Shown: positions 11,211 to 20,521, numbered from the whole stretch's first letter. The stretch: DNA of 59,245 bases, filler included, from 4 parts of 4 records of this genome joined end to end with filler, not necessarily neighbours in it, one strand, 5' to 3'. The notes: generated by a model not told the origin, from the letters alone. Made by a program: numbers and translations.

Positions 11211-12035
11211 ATGGTTAATGCTTTATTACTTTTCGCACTTGTTATGTTTGTATCTGTTTACTGGTATTGGCCCAAATTGCAACAGCAATTTTGGCTTAAT
11301 AAATACCATGACAGTTCTCTAAACGAGCAGCAAAAAGCACTATTAATAAAATACATGCCAATTTATCGGAATATGACTGATGCAGACCGCGAAAAGCTTG
11401 AGCGTCATATTATTTGGTTTTTAAATGAAAAACGGTTTATTGGTTGTGATGGTTTAAAACTCAATGATGCAATGAAACTGATTGTTGCCGCCGATGCATG
11501 TTTACTCGTATTAAATAAACCATGGCCACTTTATAAGAACGTAAAAGAGATACTACTTTACCCGAGTGCATATTACGCACCTCAAACCTCAACCGATAAT
11601 GCAGGCCTTGTTAGTTATCACAATACCGTGCGCCAAGGGGAGTCTTGGCCCGGTGGTACCTTGGTACTAAGTTGGCATGATGTGCTTGAAGGAAATCGGC
11701 TCCCTAGTGATGGGCATAACTTAGTGTTTCATGAGTTTGCACATCAACTTGACCAAGAAACCGGTAAAACAACGGGCACGCCTGTTTTAACAAAAGCCGT
11801 TGATTACAAAAACTGGGCAAGGGTATTTAGTCGTGCTTATAATCAACTCAAAACACATGTAGCCTACAGCATGCCACATGTTATCCATAGTTATGGTGCG
11901 ACAAACGAAGCCGAATTTTTTGCAGTGATCACTGAAACCTTTTTAGAAAAGCCCGCAGAGCTGCGCCATTACGACCCAGAAATTTACTCTATGCTGGTGG
12001 ATTACTACCAGTTTGATCCAATTAAATGGCATTAA
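11211..12035 (+). CDS. M90/MtfA-family zinc metallopeptidase with N-terminal membrane anchor
   Basis: DGHNLVFHEFAHQLD HExxH motif, YGATNEAEFFAV; hydrophobic N-terminus. Confidence 0.85.
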   Translation: MVNALLLFALVMFVSVYWYWPKLQQQFWLNKYHDSSLNEQQKALLIKYMPIYRNMTDADREKLERHIIWFLNEKRFIGCDGLKLNDAMKLIVAADACLLVLNKPWPLYKNVKEILLYPSAYYAPQTSTDNAGLVSYHNTVRQGESWPGGTLVLSWHDVLEGNRLPSDGHNLVFHEFAHQLDQETGKTTGTPVLTKAVDYKNWARVFSRAYNQLKTHVAYSMPHVIHSYGATNEAEFFAVITETFLEKPAELRHYDPEIYSMLVDYYQFDPIKWH

Positions 12036-12131
12036 CCGCTAAATAAACACACTTCATCAAATATCGCTGGTAAGTTGCTACGCTTTTTGTTGCAATCGTA
12101 TTAATAAACAACAAGAACAAGCGAGAATTCG

Positions 12132-15100
12132 ATGAAAAAACTGCTTCAAACAGCGCTGGCTGTATCAGTGTCGCTAGCAATTAGTACAAATGTGCAAGCT
12201 GCTGACAAATCCGATGAGCAAAAATGGCAAGTTGACGCCCCACAAGGCCAGTTTATTGACGCTGCAATAAGCGTTGATCAAGGCACTTGGATGAACGTTG
12301 ATGTGAGCCCAGATGGCGAAACCATTGTATTTGATTTACTGGGCGACATTTACACTATGCCCATCAGCGGTGGAAAAGCGACTCAGCTTACCTCTGATAT
12401 TGCTTGGCAAATGCAACCACGTTTTAGCCCTGATGGTAAACACATTGCGTTTACCTCAGATCAAGGCGGCGGTGACAATATTTGGCTAATGGATGTTAAT
12501 GGTGAAAACCAAACGGCTGTTACCGACGAAACCTTTAGATTGCTCAATAGCCCAGCTTGGAGTCCTGATGGCGATTATATCGTGGCACGCAAGCACTTTA
12601 CTGCAACACGCTCATTAGGTGCTGGTGAAGTATGGCTTTACCATAAAGCTGGCGGCAAAGGTGTTCAACTAACGAAGCGTGCTGATGATCAAAAAGATTT
12701 AGGTGAACCGATGTTTTCACCTGACGGCCGTTATGTCTATTTTTCCCATGATGCAACGCCGGGTAAAACTTTCCATTACTCAAAGGATTCTGTTGCCGGT
12801 ATTTATAAAATTAAGCGTTTTGACCGTCAAACGGGTGAAATTGAAACCATCATCAGCGGTATGGGTGGCGCTATTAGGCCAACACCGTCACCAGATGGTA
12901 AAAAGCTTGCGTATATTAAGCGTGATGATTTTCAAACTAGTTTATACGTTTATGACTTAACCTCAGGCAAGCACACTAAACTTTACGACAAGCTTGAACG
13001 TGATATGCAAGAAACGTGGGCGATACATGGTGTTTACCCAACGATTGCATGGACACCGGATAATGACGAGCTGGTATTTTGGGCTGGTGGTAAAATTAAT
13101 AAACTCGATGTTGAAGACAAATCTGTCGAGAACATCGCCTTTAATGTAGACACAAATAAAAAAATTCAAACCGCTGTGCGTTTTATACAAGATATTGATA
13201 GTGAAGATTTCGATATAAAAATGCTGCGTAATGTGCAAGTGTCTCCCGATGGCGAAACGGCTATTTTTGAAGCGCTTGGGCATATTTATAAACGCGATTT
13301 AGAGTCAGGCAAGGTGAAGCGTTTAACGCGCCAAGATGATCACTTTGAGTTATTCCCACAGTATTCTCGTGACGGTAAAAAAATTGTATATGTTACCTGG
13401 GACGATAATGAGCAGGGCAGTGTTCGTGTGGTGTCAGCACGAAGTGGTCGCGGCGAGAGCATAACGCAAGAGCCGGGCAAATATGTTGAGCCAACATTTA
13501 GCCCAGACGGTAAAACCGTGGTTTATCGTAAAGCGTCAGGCGGTGGTATTTTAAATCCAGACTGGTCATTACACCCTGGTATTTACGCGGTGAGTGCTAA
13601 AGGCGGTGAGGCTGAATTAATTACTAAAAGTGGCTATCAGCCGCAATTTGGTGCGACCAGTGACCGTATTTTTGTTATGAGCCCGTGGCCAAAACCAAGC
13701 TTAAGCGTGGTTGAGCTGGATTCTAAAAAAGTACAAAAGCTATATGAATCAAAACATGCGACAGAGTTTAGAGTATCACCTAATGGCAAATACTTAGCGT
13801 TTGCAGAGCGCTTTAAAGTGTTTGTAACGCCACTTGTTGAAAATGGGAAAAGCATTAATATTGGCCCGAAAGACAGCCAATTCCCAATTGAACAATTGTC
13901 TGTTCGTGCTGGTGAAAGCATCAGCTGGAGCGCAAACAGTGATAAACTTTATTGGACTTTAGGCCCTGAGCTTTATCATGCCAGTTTAGCGGGTATTTTT
14001 GATATTAACCAAGCCGATGATGCCGATTTTAAAGTAAAAAGCGGTGACAACATCAGCTTAAGCAAAAAAATGGCTGAGCCAGAAGGCATGTTTGCACTAA
14101 CAGGTGCACGTATCATTACTATGCAAGGCGACAAAGTAATAGAAAACGGTGTGCTACTGACTGATGGTAAACATATTAAAGCAGTAGGTACAGCGCAAAG
14201 GGTGTCAATTCCAAAAGGTGCACAAGTCATTGACGTGGCGGGTAAAACCATTATGCCAGGTATTGTGGATGCCCATGCCCATGGCTCGCAAGGTAGTAAT
14301 GAGATTATCCCTGAGCAAAACTGGAAAAACCTAGCTGGTTTATCATTGGGTGTGACCACTATTCATGATCCATCTAACGACACCACCGAAATATTTGCTG
14401 CCAGCGAAATGCAAAAAGCAGGCACCATCGTTGGACCACGTATTTTCTCAACGGGGACCATTTTATATGGGGCAAATATGCCAGGTTACACCTCGCACAT
14501 TGACTCGTTAGAGGATGCTAAGTTTCATTTAGAGCGCTTAAAGAAAGTGGGTGCGTTTAGTGTTAAATCATACAATCAACCGCGACGTGAGCAACGTCAA
14601 CAAGTAATTGAAGCTGGCCGTGAGCTTGAAATGATGGTGGTGCCAGAAGGTGGCTCATTATTACAGCATAACTTAACGATGGTTGTGGATGGTCACACAG
14701 GGATTGAGCATTCAATTCCAGTGGCAAATATTTATGATGATATCAAACAGCTTTGGTCGCAAAGTGACGTTGGTTATACACCGACGCTAGGTGTTGCTTA
14801 CGGTGGTATTTGGGGTGAAAACTATTGGTATGATAAAACCGATGTGTGGAACCATCCACGTTTAAGTAAGTTTGTGCCGAAAAACCAATTGTTACCGCGC
14901 TCTATGCGCCGCGTTAAAGCGCCCGATCATCACTATAATCACTTTAATAATGCACGCGTAGCGAAAGAGCTGCAAGATTTAGGTGTATTAGTGAATCTAG
15001 GTGCGCATGGGCAGCGTGAAGGTTTAGCTGCTCACTGGGAAATTTGGATGTTTGCACAAGGCGGCATGACGCCACTTGAAGCGCTACGCGCCGCAACACT

Positions 15101-15317
15101 CGACCCTGCTAAATACATTGGCCTTGATAAAAACATTGGTTCACTTGAGGTAGGAAAGCTTGCTGACTTAGTGGTTATTGATGGTAATCCGCTGGAGAAC
15201 ATTCGTGATACTGACAAAGTTGACTACACCATGATCAATGGCCGTTTATTCAACGCAGCCACAATGAATGAAGTAGGTGAGAAACAGCGAGATAAGCTTT
15301 ACTTTGAGCAGAAGTAA
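12132..15317 (+). CDS. Secreted TolB-like beta-propeller (PD40 repeats) fused to an amidohydrolase domain
   Basis: Signal peptide MKKLLQTALAVSVSLAISTNVQA; repeated P-x-F/W-SPDG units; MPGIVDAHAH metal motif; GSLEVGKLADLVV. Confidence 0.88.
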   Translation: MKKLLQTALAVSVSLAISTNVQAADKSDEQKWQVDAPQGQFIDAAISVDQGTWMNVDVSPDGETIVFDLLGDIYTMPISGGKATQLTSDIAWQMQPRFSPDGKHIAFTSDQGGGDNIWLMDVNGENQTAVTDETFRLLNSPAWSPDGDYIVARKHFTATRSLGAGEVWLYHKAGGKGVQLTKRADDQKDLGEPMFSPDGRYVYFSHDATPGKTFHYSKDSVAGIYKIKRFDRQTGEIETIISGMGGAIRPTPSPDGKKLAYIKRDDFQTSLYVYDLTSGKHTKLYDKLERDMQETWAIHGVYPTIAWTPDNDELVFWAGGKINKLDVEDKSVENIAFNVDTNKKIQTAVRFIQDIDSEDFDIKMLRNVQVSPDGETAIFEALGHIYKRDLESGKVKRLTRQDDHFELFPQYSRDGKKIVYVTWDDNEQGSVRVVSARSGRGESITQEPGKYVEPTFSPDGKTVVYRKASGGGILNPDWSLHPGIYAVSAKGGEAELITKSGYQPQFGATSDRIFVMSPWPKPSLSVVELDSKKVQKLYESKHATEFRVSPNGKYLAFAERFKVFVTPLVENGKSINIGPKDSQFPIEQLSVRAGESISWSANSDKLYWTLGPELYHASLAGIFDINQADDADFKVKSGDNISLSKKMAEPEGMFALTGARIITMQGDKVIENGVLLTDGKHIKAVGTAQRVSIPKGAQVIDVAGKTIMPGIVDAHAHGSQGSNEIIPEQNWKNLAGLSLGVTTIHDPSNDTTEIFAASEMQKAGTIVGPRIFSTGTILYGANMPGYTSHIDSLEDAKFHLERLKKVGAFSVKSYNQPRREQRQQVIEAGRELEMMVVPEGGSLLQHNLTMVVDGHTGIEHSIPVANIYDDIKQLWSQSDVGYTPTLGVAYGGIWGENYWYDKTDVWNHPRLSKFVPKNQLLPRSMRRVKAPDHHYNHFNNARVAKELQDLGVLVNLGAHGQREGLAAHWEIWMFAQGGMTPLEALRAATLDPAKYIGLDKNIGSLEVGKLADLVVIDGNPLENIRDTDKVDYTMINGRLFNAATMNEVGEKQRDKLYFEQK

Positions 15318-15348
15318 AAAATTAAACATCGAATAGGTGATTATGACT

Positions 15349-15373
15349 AAAAGCGGCTAACAGCCGCTTTTTT
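15349..15373. terminator. Bidirectional intrinsic terminator
   Basis: AAAAGCGGCT-aac-AGCCGCTTTTTT between convergent genes. Confidence 0.85.
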
Positions 15374-15391
15374 ACTTTTTGGGCATAATAT

Positions 15392-15964
15392 TTATGCAAT
15401 AAGTTTTTTAATAATCGTTTTATCAAGCAGCAGTGTTTGAGGCTGTTTACTGACTCTTGCTTGGCAAATAATACCCTCTTTTAATGTCATAAGTAATTTA
15501 CTTAATTGTTCTGCCTCTGCGGGGGATTCTTTAAGTTGCGTTGTAAGTGTAAGCGCATCATAAATAATTTTAAGTACAGTCTGTTTGTGCTCAGAACATA
15601 ATCGAGCAATAGGATCTGTCTCCAGTGGAAATTCAGCGGCTGTATTTATAAAAAAGCAGCCATTAAAATTGCCAAGCTCATCTACTTGATTGTTGATCCA
15701 TAGCGACAATGCATTAAACAGTGCATCAGCCACTTCAAATGGTGTTTTAGCATGAATAAGTTGTGCTTTTAACCACCTGTTAAAGCGTTCATCGCGAACT
15801 ACTAAACACGCACAAATGAGCTCATCTTTACTACTAAAGTGATTATACAGTGTCTTTTTAGCGACTTTAGCAGCCTGTATAACTTCATTAATGCCTACGG
15901 CATGAATACCTTTATTGTAAAAAAGCGCTAAAGCGGTGTTTACAATTTGCGTGCGTTTATCCAT
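15392..15964 (-). CDS. TetR/AcrR-family regulator
   Basis: GIHAVGINEVIQAAKVAKKTLYNHFSSKDEL HTH; NGCFFIN motif. Confidence 0.92.
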   Translation of the reverse strand: MDKRTQIVNTALALFYNKGIHAVGINEVIQAAKVAKKTLYNHFSSKDELICACLVVRDERFNRWLKAQLIHAKTPFEVADALFNALSLWINNQVDELGNFNGCFFINTAAEFPLETDPIARLCSEHKQTVLKIIYDALTLTTQLKESPAEAEQLSKLLMTLKEGIICQARVSKQPQTLLLDKTIIKKLIA

Positions 15965-15988
15965 ATCGACTCCTTTAAAAAAGTAAGC

Positions 15989-16043
15989 TTGACACGGGGA
16001 GACCAGTTTGTCTACTATGTGCCAGGTAGACAGTTCGGTCTAC
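15989..16043 (+). promoter_or_regulatory. sigma70 promoter of the HPP gene overlapped by two TetR-type palindromic operators
   Basis: TTGACA (15989)-N18-TACTAT (16013); GGAGAC-cagttt-GTCTAC (15998-16015) and GTAGAC-agttcg-GTCTAC (16026-16043). Confidence 0.75.
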
Positions 16044-16058
16044 TTTTTGGAGGCCACT

Positions 16059-16529
16059 ATGAATAACGATGCTTTAAAAGCAATAAGTGCAGGGATATTT
16101 TCCGCAATAACTTTAAGTGTATTGGCTTGGTTAGATAACCTAGGAAGTTATGGTATTTGGTTAATGGCGCCTTTTGGCGCCACTGCCGTGTTAGTGTTTG
16201 GCGTACCGTCAAGTCCTTTGGCTAAGGCTAAAAATGTAATTGGAGGGCACTTTTTAACGGCTTTAATAGGGGTTGTTTTTGTTAATTATATCGGTGTAGA
16301 TACAGCCAGCATTGCAGTAGCGACAGGACTTGCTATAAGTATGATGATGTTGACGAACACTGTTCATCCTGCTGCGGGAGCAAATCCTATTTTGATAATG
16401 GTAACGGGGCAAAGTTGGACGTTTTTAATTACGCCTGTACTAATGGGAACGATATTCATCGTTTTATGTGGCTACTTTTCTCAGTGGTTGCTAAAAGAAT
16501 ATTTATTTAAACACAAAAAAACCGCTTAA
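16059..16529 (+). CDS. HPP-family membrane protein
   Basis: MAPFGATAVLVFGVPSSPLA and TVHPAAGA motifs; ATG 16059 follows GGAGG. Confidence 0.88.
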   Translation: MNNDALKAISAGIFSAITLSVLAWLDNLGSYGIWLMAPFGATAVLVFGVPSSPLAKAKNVIGGHFLTALIGVVFVNYIGVDTASIAVATGLAISMMMLTNTVHPAAGANPILIMVTGQSWTFLITPVLMGTIFIVLCGYFSQWLLKEYLFKHKKTA

Positions 16530-16543
16530 CAGCGGTTTTTTTT
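16515..16543. terminator. Bidirectional intrinsic terminator
   Basis: AAAAAAACCGCT-taac-AGCGGTTTTTTT. Confidence 0.85.
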
Positions 16544-16565
16544 ATTTAAAGTGTATCACTTTAAA

Positions 16566-16937
16566 TTACACAACACCGCGTGGTAGGCGACAGTCATGAT
16601 CTTTTTCAGCTAGGTAAACAATCCATAACTCTTCGGCTGTGTAGCCGTCTTCGTTAGCTGTTACAACAGCAAATGGTGCTTTTTTCTCAGCTGGTTTTGC
16701 TGGCGCGGCAGTTTTAGTTTTAGTTTTTTTAGCTGGCGCTTTTACAGCAGGTTGCTCAGCCGTTTTACCAGAAGTAAGCTGTTCAGTTAACTCAGCTACA
16801 TCAGCAAGGCGTAAATTTTTACCGCCGTCGATGCTGTACCAACCAGGTTTAGTGGTAATTTCAGGTTTCTTGCCATTAGCTGCTTCATATGCTGCTTCAA
16901 AGGCATTTAACACTTCTGTTTTGTCTAGTTTGCTCAT
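16566..16937 (-). CDS. Small hypothetical protein with Lys/Ala/Pro-rich linker
   Basis: Open frame, likely ATG at 16937; AVKAPAKKTKTKTAAPAKPAEKKAP segment; flanked by a terminator. Confidence 0.75.
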   Translation of the reverse strand: MSKLDKTEVLNAFEAAYEAANGKKPEITTKPGWYSIDGGKNLRLADVAELTEQLTSGKTAEQPAVKAPAKKTKTKTAAPAKPAEKKAPFAVVTANEDGYTAEELWIVYLAEKDHDCRLPRGVV

Positions 16938-17087
16938 CAGAGACCCTATACGTTGTAAACACAGATAAAGAATACTCATTTATACCTAGTTTTGGCGAAC
17001 TTTTCAATTTTTTGCGATTTTCCTTCCATTTTGGCGTTATAAACGCCAAAATTTGCACAAAATATAATGCAGAGGTAGCAAAGTATT

Positions 17088-17840
17088 ATGCAACGTAGAG
17101 AATTCAACCAATTATTAAATGAGATCTTAAAGCCTGATTCAATTAAAGACTTTTGCCCAAACGGGCTTCAAGTTGAAGGGCAAGAAGAGATTAAAAAGAT
17201 TGTGACGGGTGTCACTGCAAGCCAAGCACTTATTGATGCAGCTATTGCTCATGGAGCCGATACGATTTTAGTGCATCATGGTTATTTTTGGAAAGGTGAA
17301 TCACAACCTATTACAGGAATGAAAAAACGTCGTATTGGTGCGTTATTAGCACATGATATTAATTTGTTTGCTTATCACCTTCCACTTGATGTGCACCCCG
17401 TGATTGGCAATAACGCGCAGCTTGCAGAGCTTCTTGATATCCAGTGGGAAACAGGCCTTGAACCGGTTAATAATAGTGTTGCTGTTAAAGGGCGTTTAAA
17501 AACACCGATGACGGGTGAGCGGTTTGGGGAAAAAATTGCCAAGGTTCTTAATCGTGAGCCGTTAACAAGTCTAGTACGTGATGAACCAATAGAAACGATA
17601 GCTTGGTGTACAGGCGGCGGACAAGGCTATATAGATTTAGCCGCAAGCCAAGGTGTTGACGCTTATTTAACGGGCGAAGCATCAGAGCAAACAATTCATA
17701 GCTCTCGAGAGCAAGGCATAGACTTTTTTGCTGCAGGACATCATGCGACAGAGCGTTATGGAGTTAAGGCCCTTGGTGAGTTGTTATCAGACGACCACGG
17801 CTTTGACGTGACCTTCATTGATATTGATAACCCAGTATAA
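17088..17840 (+). CDS. ybgI: Nif3-like dinuclear metal-centre hexameric protein (YbgI/DUF34)
   Basis: DFCPNGLQVEG, LVHHGYFW, YHLPLDVHP and AGHHATE motifs. Confidence 0.93.
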   Translation: MQRREFNQLLNEILKPDSIKDFCPNGLQVEGQEEIKKIVTGVTASQALIDAAIAHGADTILVHHGYFWKGESQPITGMKKRRIGALLAHDINLFAYHLPLDVHPVIGNNAQLAELLDIQWETGLEPVNNSVAVKGRLKTPMTGERFGEKIAKVLNREPLTSLVRDEPIETIAWCTGGGQGYIDLAASQGVDAYLTGEASEQTIHSSREQGIDFFAAGHHATERYGVKALGELLSDDHGFDVTFIDIDNPV

Positions 17841-17849
17841 ATACAGCCA

Positions 17850-17875
17850 AGGCTACACTTCACTCAGTGTAGCCT
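17850..17875. terminator. Hairpin between convergent genes, probable terminator
   Basis: AGGCTACACT-tcactc-AGTGTAGCCT. Confidence 0.6.
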
Positions 17876-17880
17876 CTTAG

Positions 17881-18648
17881 CTAAAGTGCTTCAGGGTCTA
17901 TCCACCGACGTAGCTTAATCCAAGTCCGGCCTATTATTTCATGCCAAGTAGAAGTTACCGCTTTTAATACTTCAACATTTGGGATGAATAATTTTCGCTT
18001 TGGCCAAGCCGAAAAGTCATAAAAATCTGTTGCTGCTGGTATAACGTCTATACCTTGTGCATAAAAAAGGTCTTTTGCACGGTTCATATGATTTGCTGAC
18101 GTAACTAGGGCCACTTTATAGTCAACCAGTGCTGATGCTAGGAATTTAGCTTCATCAGCAGTATCCATGGCGGCCGGGTTTTGTTGTATACGTTTTGGAT
18201 TAACACCTAAACTAATTGCAGTTTGTGCCATTAAGGCGCTATTTGTGACATTCCCAACACCACCGCCAGACACAATGAGGCGCGCATTAGGGTAATAATG
18301 TGCCAGCCGAAGCCCTTCGACTAATCGACTCTTTGCACAGTTACCTAATTGGCTATTAGCTGTAAGCTTTGGATTTGGGTTTACATCACATCCAAGTACA
18401 ACAATTTTGTCGAGTTGTTGGTGTTTTTTTACGTTAAAGACATATTTTAGTTGTGAGCTGGGATCAATCAATTTTTGTGCGATAAAAGGAGTGCTTATTA
18501 AAAGAAGCGTCGCTACAAAAATAATCCCTACGATAGATGCCAACTTATGGTTTCGCAATGTAAATATAAAGCAAAGTAAGCAAAGAAAACCGAGTAATGG
18601 GAGGGGCATCATTATAGAGCCAATGATTTTTTTAAGTTCAAACATCAC
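17881..18648 (-). CDS. elyC: ElyC/YdcF (DUF218) envelope biogenesis protein
   Basis: LKKIIGSIMMPLP start, two TM helices, IVVLG, LIVSGG, LVTSANHMNRA, WHEIIG. Confidence 0.8.
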   Translation of the reverse strand: MMFELKKIIGSIMMPLPLLGFLCLLCFIFTLRNHKLASIVGIIFVATLLLISTPFIAQKLIDPSSQLKYVFNVKKHQQLDKIVVLGCDVNPNPKLTANSQLGNCAKSRLVEGLRLAHYYPNARLIVSGGGVGNVTNSALMAQTAISLGVNPKRIQQNPAAMDTADEAKFLASALVDYKVALVTSANHMNRAKDLFYAQGIDVIPAATDFYDFSAWPKRKLFIPNVEVLKAVTSTWHEIIGRTWIKLRRWIDPEAL

Positions 18649-18697
18649 AGTAACATCATCAAAATAAGAGTCTCTATGCTACTGTGATTAAATGATT

Positions 18698-19585
18698 TTA
18701 TCGACCATTATTTAGTTTGCAGGTATTTAAAAAATGTCGATAAACTGGGTTATCTTTCATATTTTTCTTCATTGCTAAGTACATTGGACGTGTTAAACCC
18801 AATGCACCAAGCGGAATAGATTTAATTAATCCTTGGCTTTCATAAGGTGTAACAAGCCAATCCGGTAAAGCTGCCACCCCCATTCCTGCACTAACTAATT
18901 GAAAGATAAGTAATCCTTGATCTACATTTTTTAGTGTGCCATCAAAACGTGCATTTTGGATAAAATGTTTGAAAATATCTTGGCGTTCTCGAGGGATAGG
19001 ATACGAAATAATCGTTTCATTTTTAAGATCAAGCGCTGTCACATATGCTTTTTTTGCCAGCTCATGATCTGGAGCCACAATTAATTTTAACTTAAAATCA
19101 AATAGGTGCGCGTATTCTAGTTTATCAGGCTCGCGAATATCTGAAGTAAGCACTAAATCTAACTCTTCATTGAGTAGGTCAGGTATCGCGTCGTAACTAA
19201 AACCACGCTCATAATCAACTTTTATATCCGGCCAAAAGTTATTGAACTCTTTTATCGTCGGTAATAACCAATGAAAACATGCATGGCATTCAACACTCAG
19301 GCGCAATTGCGAAATAGGCTGATTGAGACTCTCTTTTAAACGGCATTTTGTTGCTTCTACACGCGGTAGCACTTCATTTGCAAGTTCTAATAGCAGCATT
19401 CCTTGTGGTGTAAAGCGCACGGGTTGTGTTTTTCTTTCAAACAATTGGCAATCGAGTTTGTTTTCAAGATCTTTGATTTGATGCGATAAAGCAGATTGAG
19501 TTAAAAAGAGTTCACGGGCCGTATTTACCAAAGAGCCAGTCTCTTTCAAGGTTGCAATGGTCTTTAGGTGTTTTACATCAATCAT
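18698..19585 (-). CDS. metR: LysR-family methionine regulator
   Basis: LTQSALSHQI HTH and ECHACFHWL motif typical of MetR; Met boxes upstream. Confidence 0.88.
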   Translation of the reverse strand: MIDVKHLKTIATLKETGSLVNTARELFLTQSALSHQIKDLENKLDCQLFERKTQPVRFTPQGMLLLELANEVLPRVEATKCRLKESLNQPISQLRLSVECHACFHWLLPTIKEFNNFWPDIKVDYERGFSYDAIPDLLNEELDLVLTSDIREPDKLEYAHLFDFKLKLIVAPDHELAKKAYVTALDLKNETIISYPIPRERQDIFKHFIQNARFDGTLKNVDQGLLIFQLVSAGMGVAALPDWLVTPYESQGLIKSIPLGALGLTRPMYLAMKKNMKDNPVYRHFLNTCKLNNGR

Positions 19586-19650
19586 CTTTAAAAATTCTCA
19601 TGCTAAAAGTGTGGTTTACACAGATATTAGACATATTACGCCTTTAATTG

Positions 19651-19674
19651 AGATGCTTCAACGTCTAGATGGCT
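19651..19674. promoter_or_regulatory. Tandem Met boxes (MetJ operator) upstream of metR
   Basis: AGATGCTT-CAACGTCT-AGATGGCT, 8-bp phased, versus consensus AGACGTCT. Confidence 0.75.
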
Positions 19675-19727
19675 AAAATTAGATGGAAGTTCAATCTATA
19701 TCTGTACTAATGACTATAGCACTAAAA

Positions 19728-19743
19728 TTGACAGCGCTGTCAA
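19728..19743. promoter_or_regulatory. Perfect 16-bp palindrome, LacI-family-type operator
   Basis: TTGACAGCGCTGTCAA with central CG. Confidence 0.65.
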
Positions 19744-19757
19744 GTTTATTATTAATA

Positions 19758-19857
19758 NNNNNNNNNNNNNNNNNNNNNNNNNNNNNNNNNNNNNNNNNNN
19801 NTTAATTAATTAANNNNNNNNNNNNNNNNNNNNNNNNNNNNNNNNNNNNNNNNNNNN
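19758..19857. other. Artificial contig spacer
   Basis: 44 N + TTAATTAATTAA + 44 N. Confidence 0.99.
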
Positions 19858-19858
19858 G

Positions 19859-20512
19859 AAAGTTGTAAGCTACGGCTTACATGGCGATGCGGACGTTCAC
19901 GCGTCCGCACTTTCGTGTGACTCTTTGGGGCGGTATGCTTTTACGCTTGTTGAACGTGGCCAAATCCTGGGTGACGTACAGCTGCCCTTGATTGGTAAGC
20001 ATAATGTGAGTAATGCGTTGGCGGCTGCTACGGCGGCTCTCGCATTAGGCGTTACGCCAGAGCAAGTAGTGACGGGGCTATGCGAATTGTCCTCATTATC
20101 TGGTAGGTTAAGCATCGTGCCCGGCGTGCGCAATACGACGTTGTTAGACGACACGTACAACGCAAATCCTGGTGCTGTGAAAGCGGCGTTGGATGCGTTA
20201 GCGAACTTTCCTTCACCGCGCTGGTGCGCGCTTGGCGCAATGGGGGAGCTGGGCAATGAGTCTCATGCCCTACATGCTGAGATCGGTCATTACGCTGCGT
20301 CACTGGGTATCGATACATTACTGACTTTTGGTGATGCCGCCCGTTCAGCAAGTGAAGCCTTCGGTCGCGGGCTGCATTTTGACGACCACGAGACGCTAGT
20401 GCGTCATGTTATTAATACTCTGCCGCCTAACACCACACTGTTGGTGAAAGGATCGCGTAGTGCAGGCATGGAAAATGTCATTGCTGCGCTACGTGCGGAT
20501 GAAACAAGGTAA
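19859..20512 (+). CDS. murF: UDP-MurNAc-tripeptide--D-Ala-D-Ala ligase, C-terminal part (5' truncated)
   Basis: Frame open from the contig start; GKHNVSNALAA, DDTYNANP, GAMGELG, LVKGSR; precedes mraY. Confidence 0.95.
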   Translation, partial: KVVSYGLHGDADVHASALSCDSLGRYAFTLVERGQILGDVQLPLIGKHNVSNALAAATAALALGVTPEQVVTGLCELSSLSGRLSIVPGVRNTTLLDDTYNANPGAVKAALDALANFPSPRWCALGAMGELGNESHALHAEIGHYAASLGIDTLLTFGDAARSASEAFGRGLHFDDHETLVRHVINTLPPNTTLLVKGSRSAGMENVIAALRADETR

Positions 20513-20521
20513 GCGCCGTTC

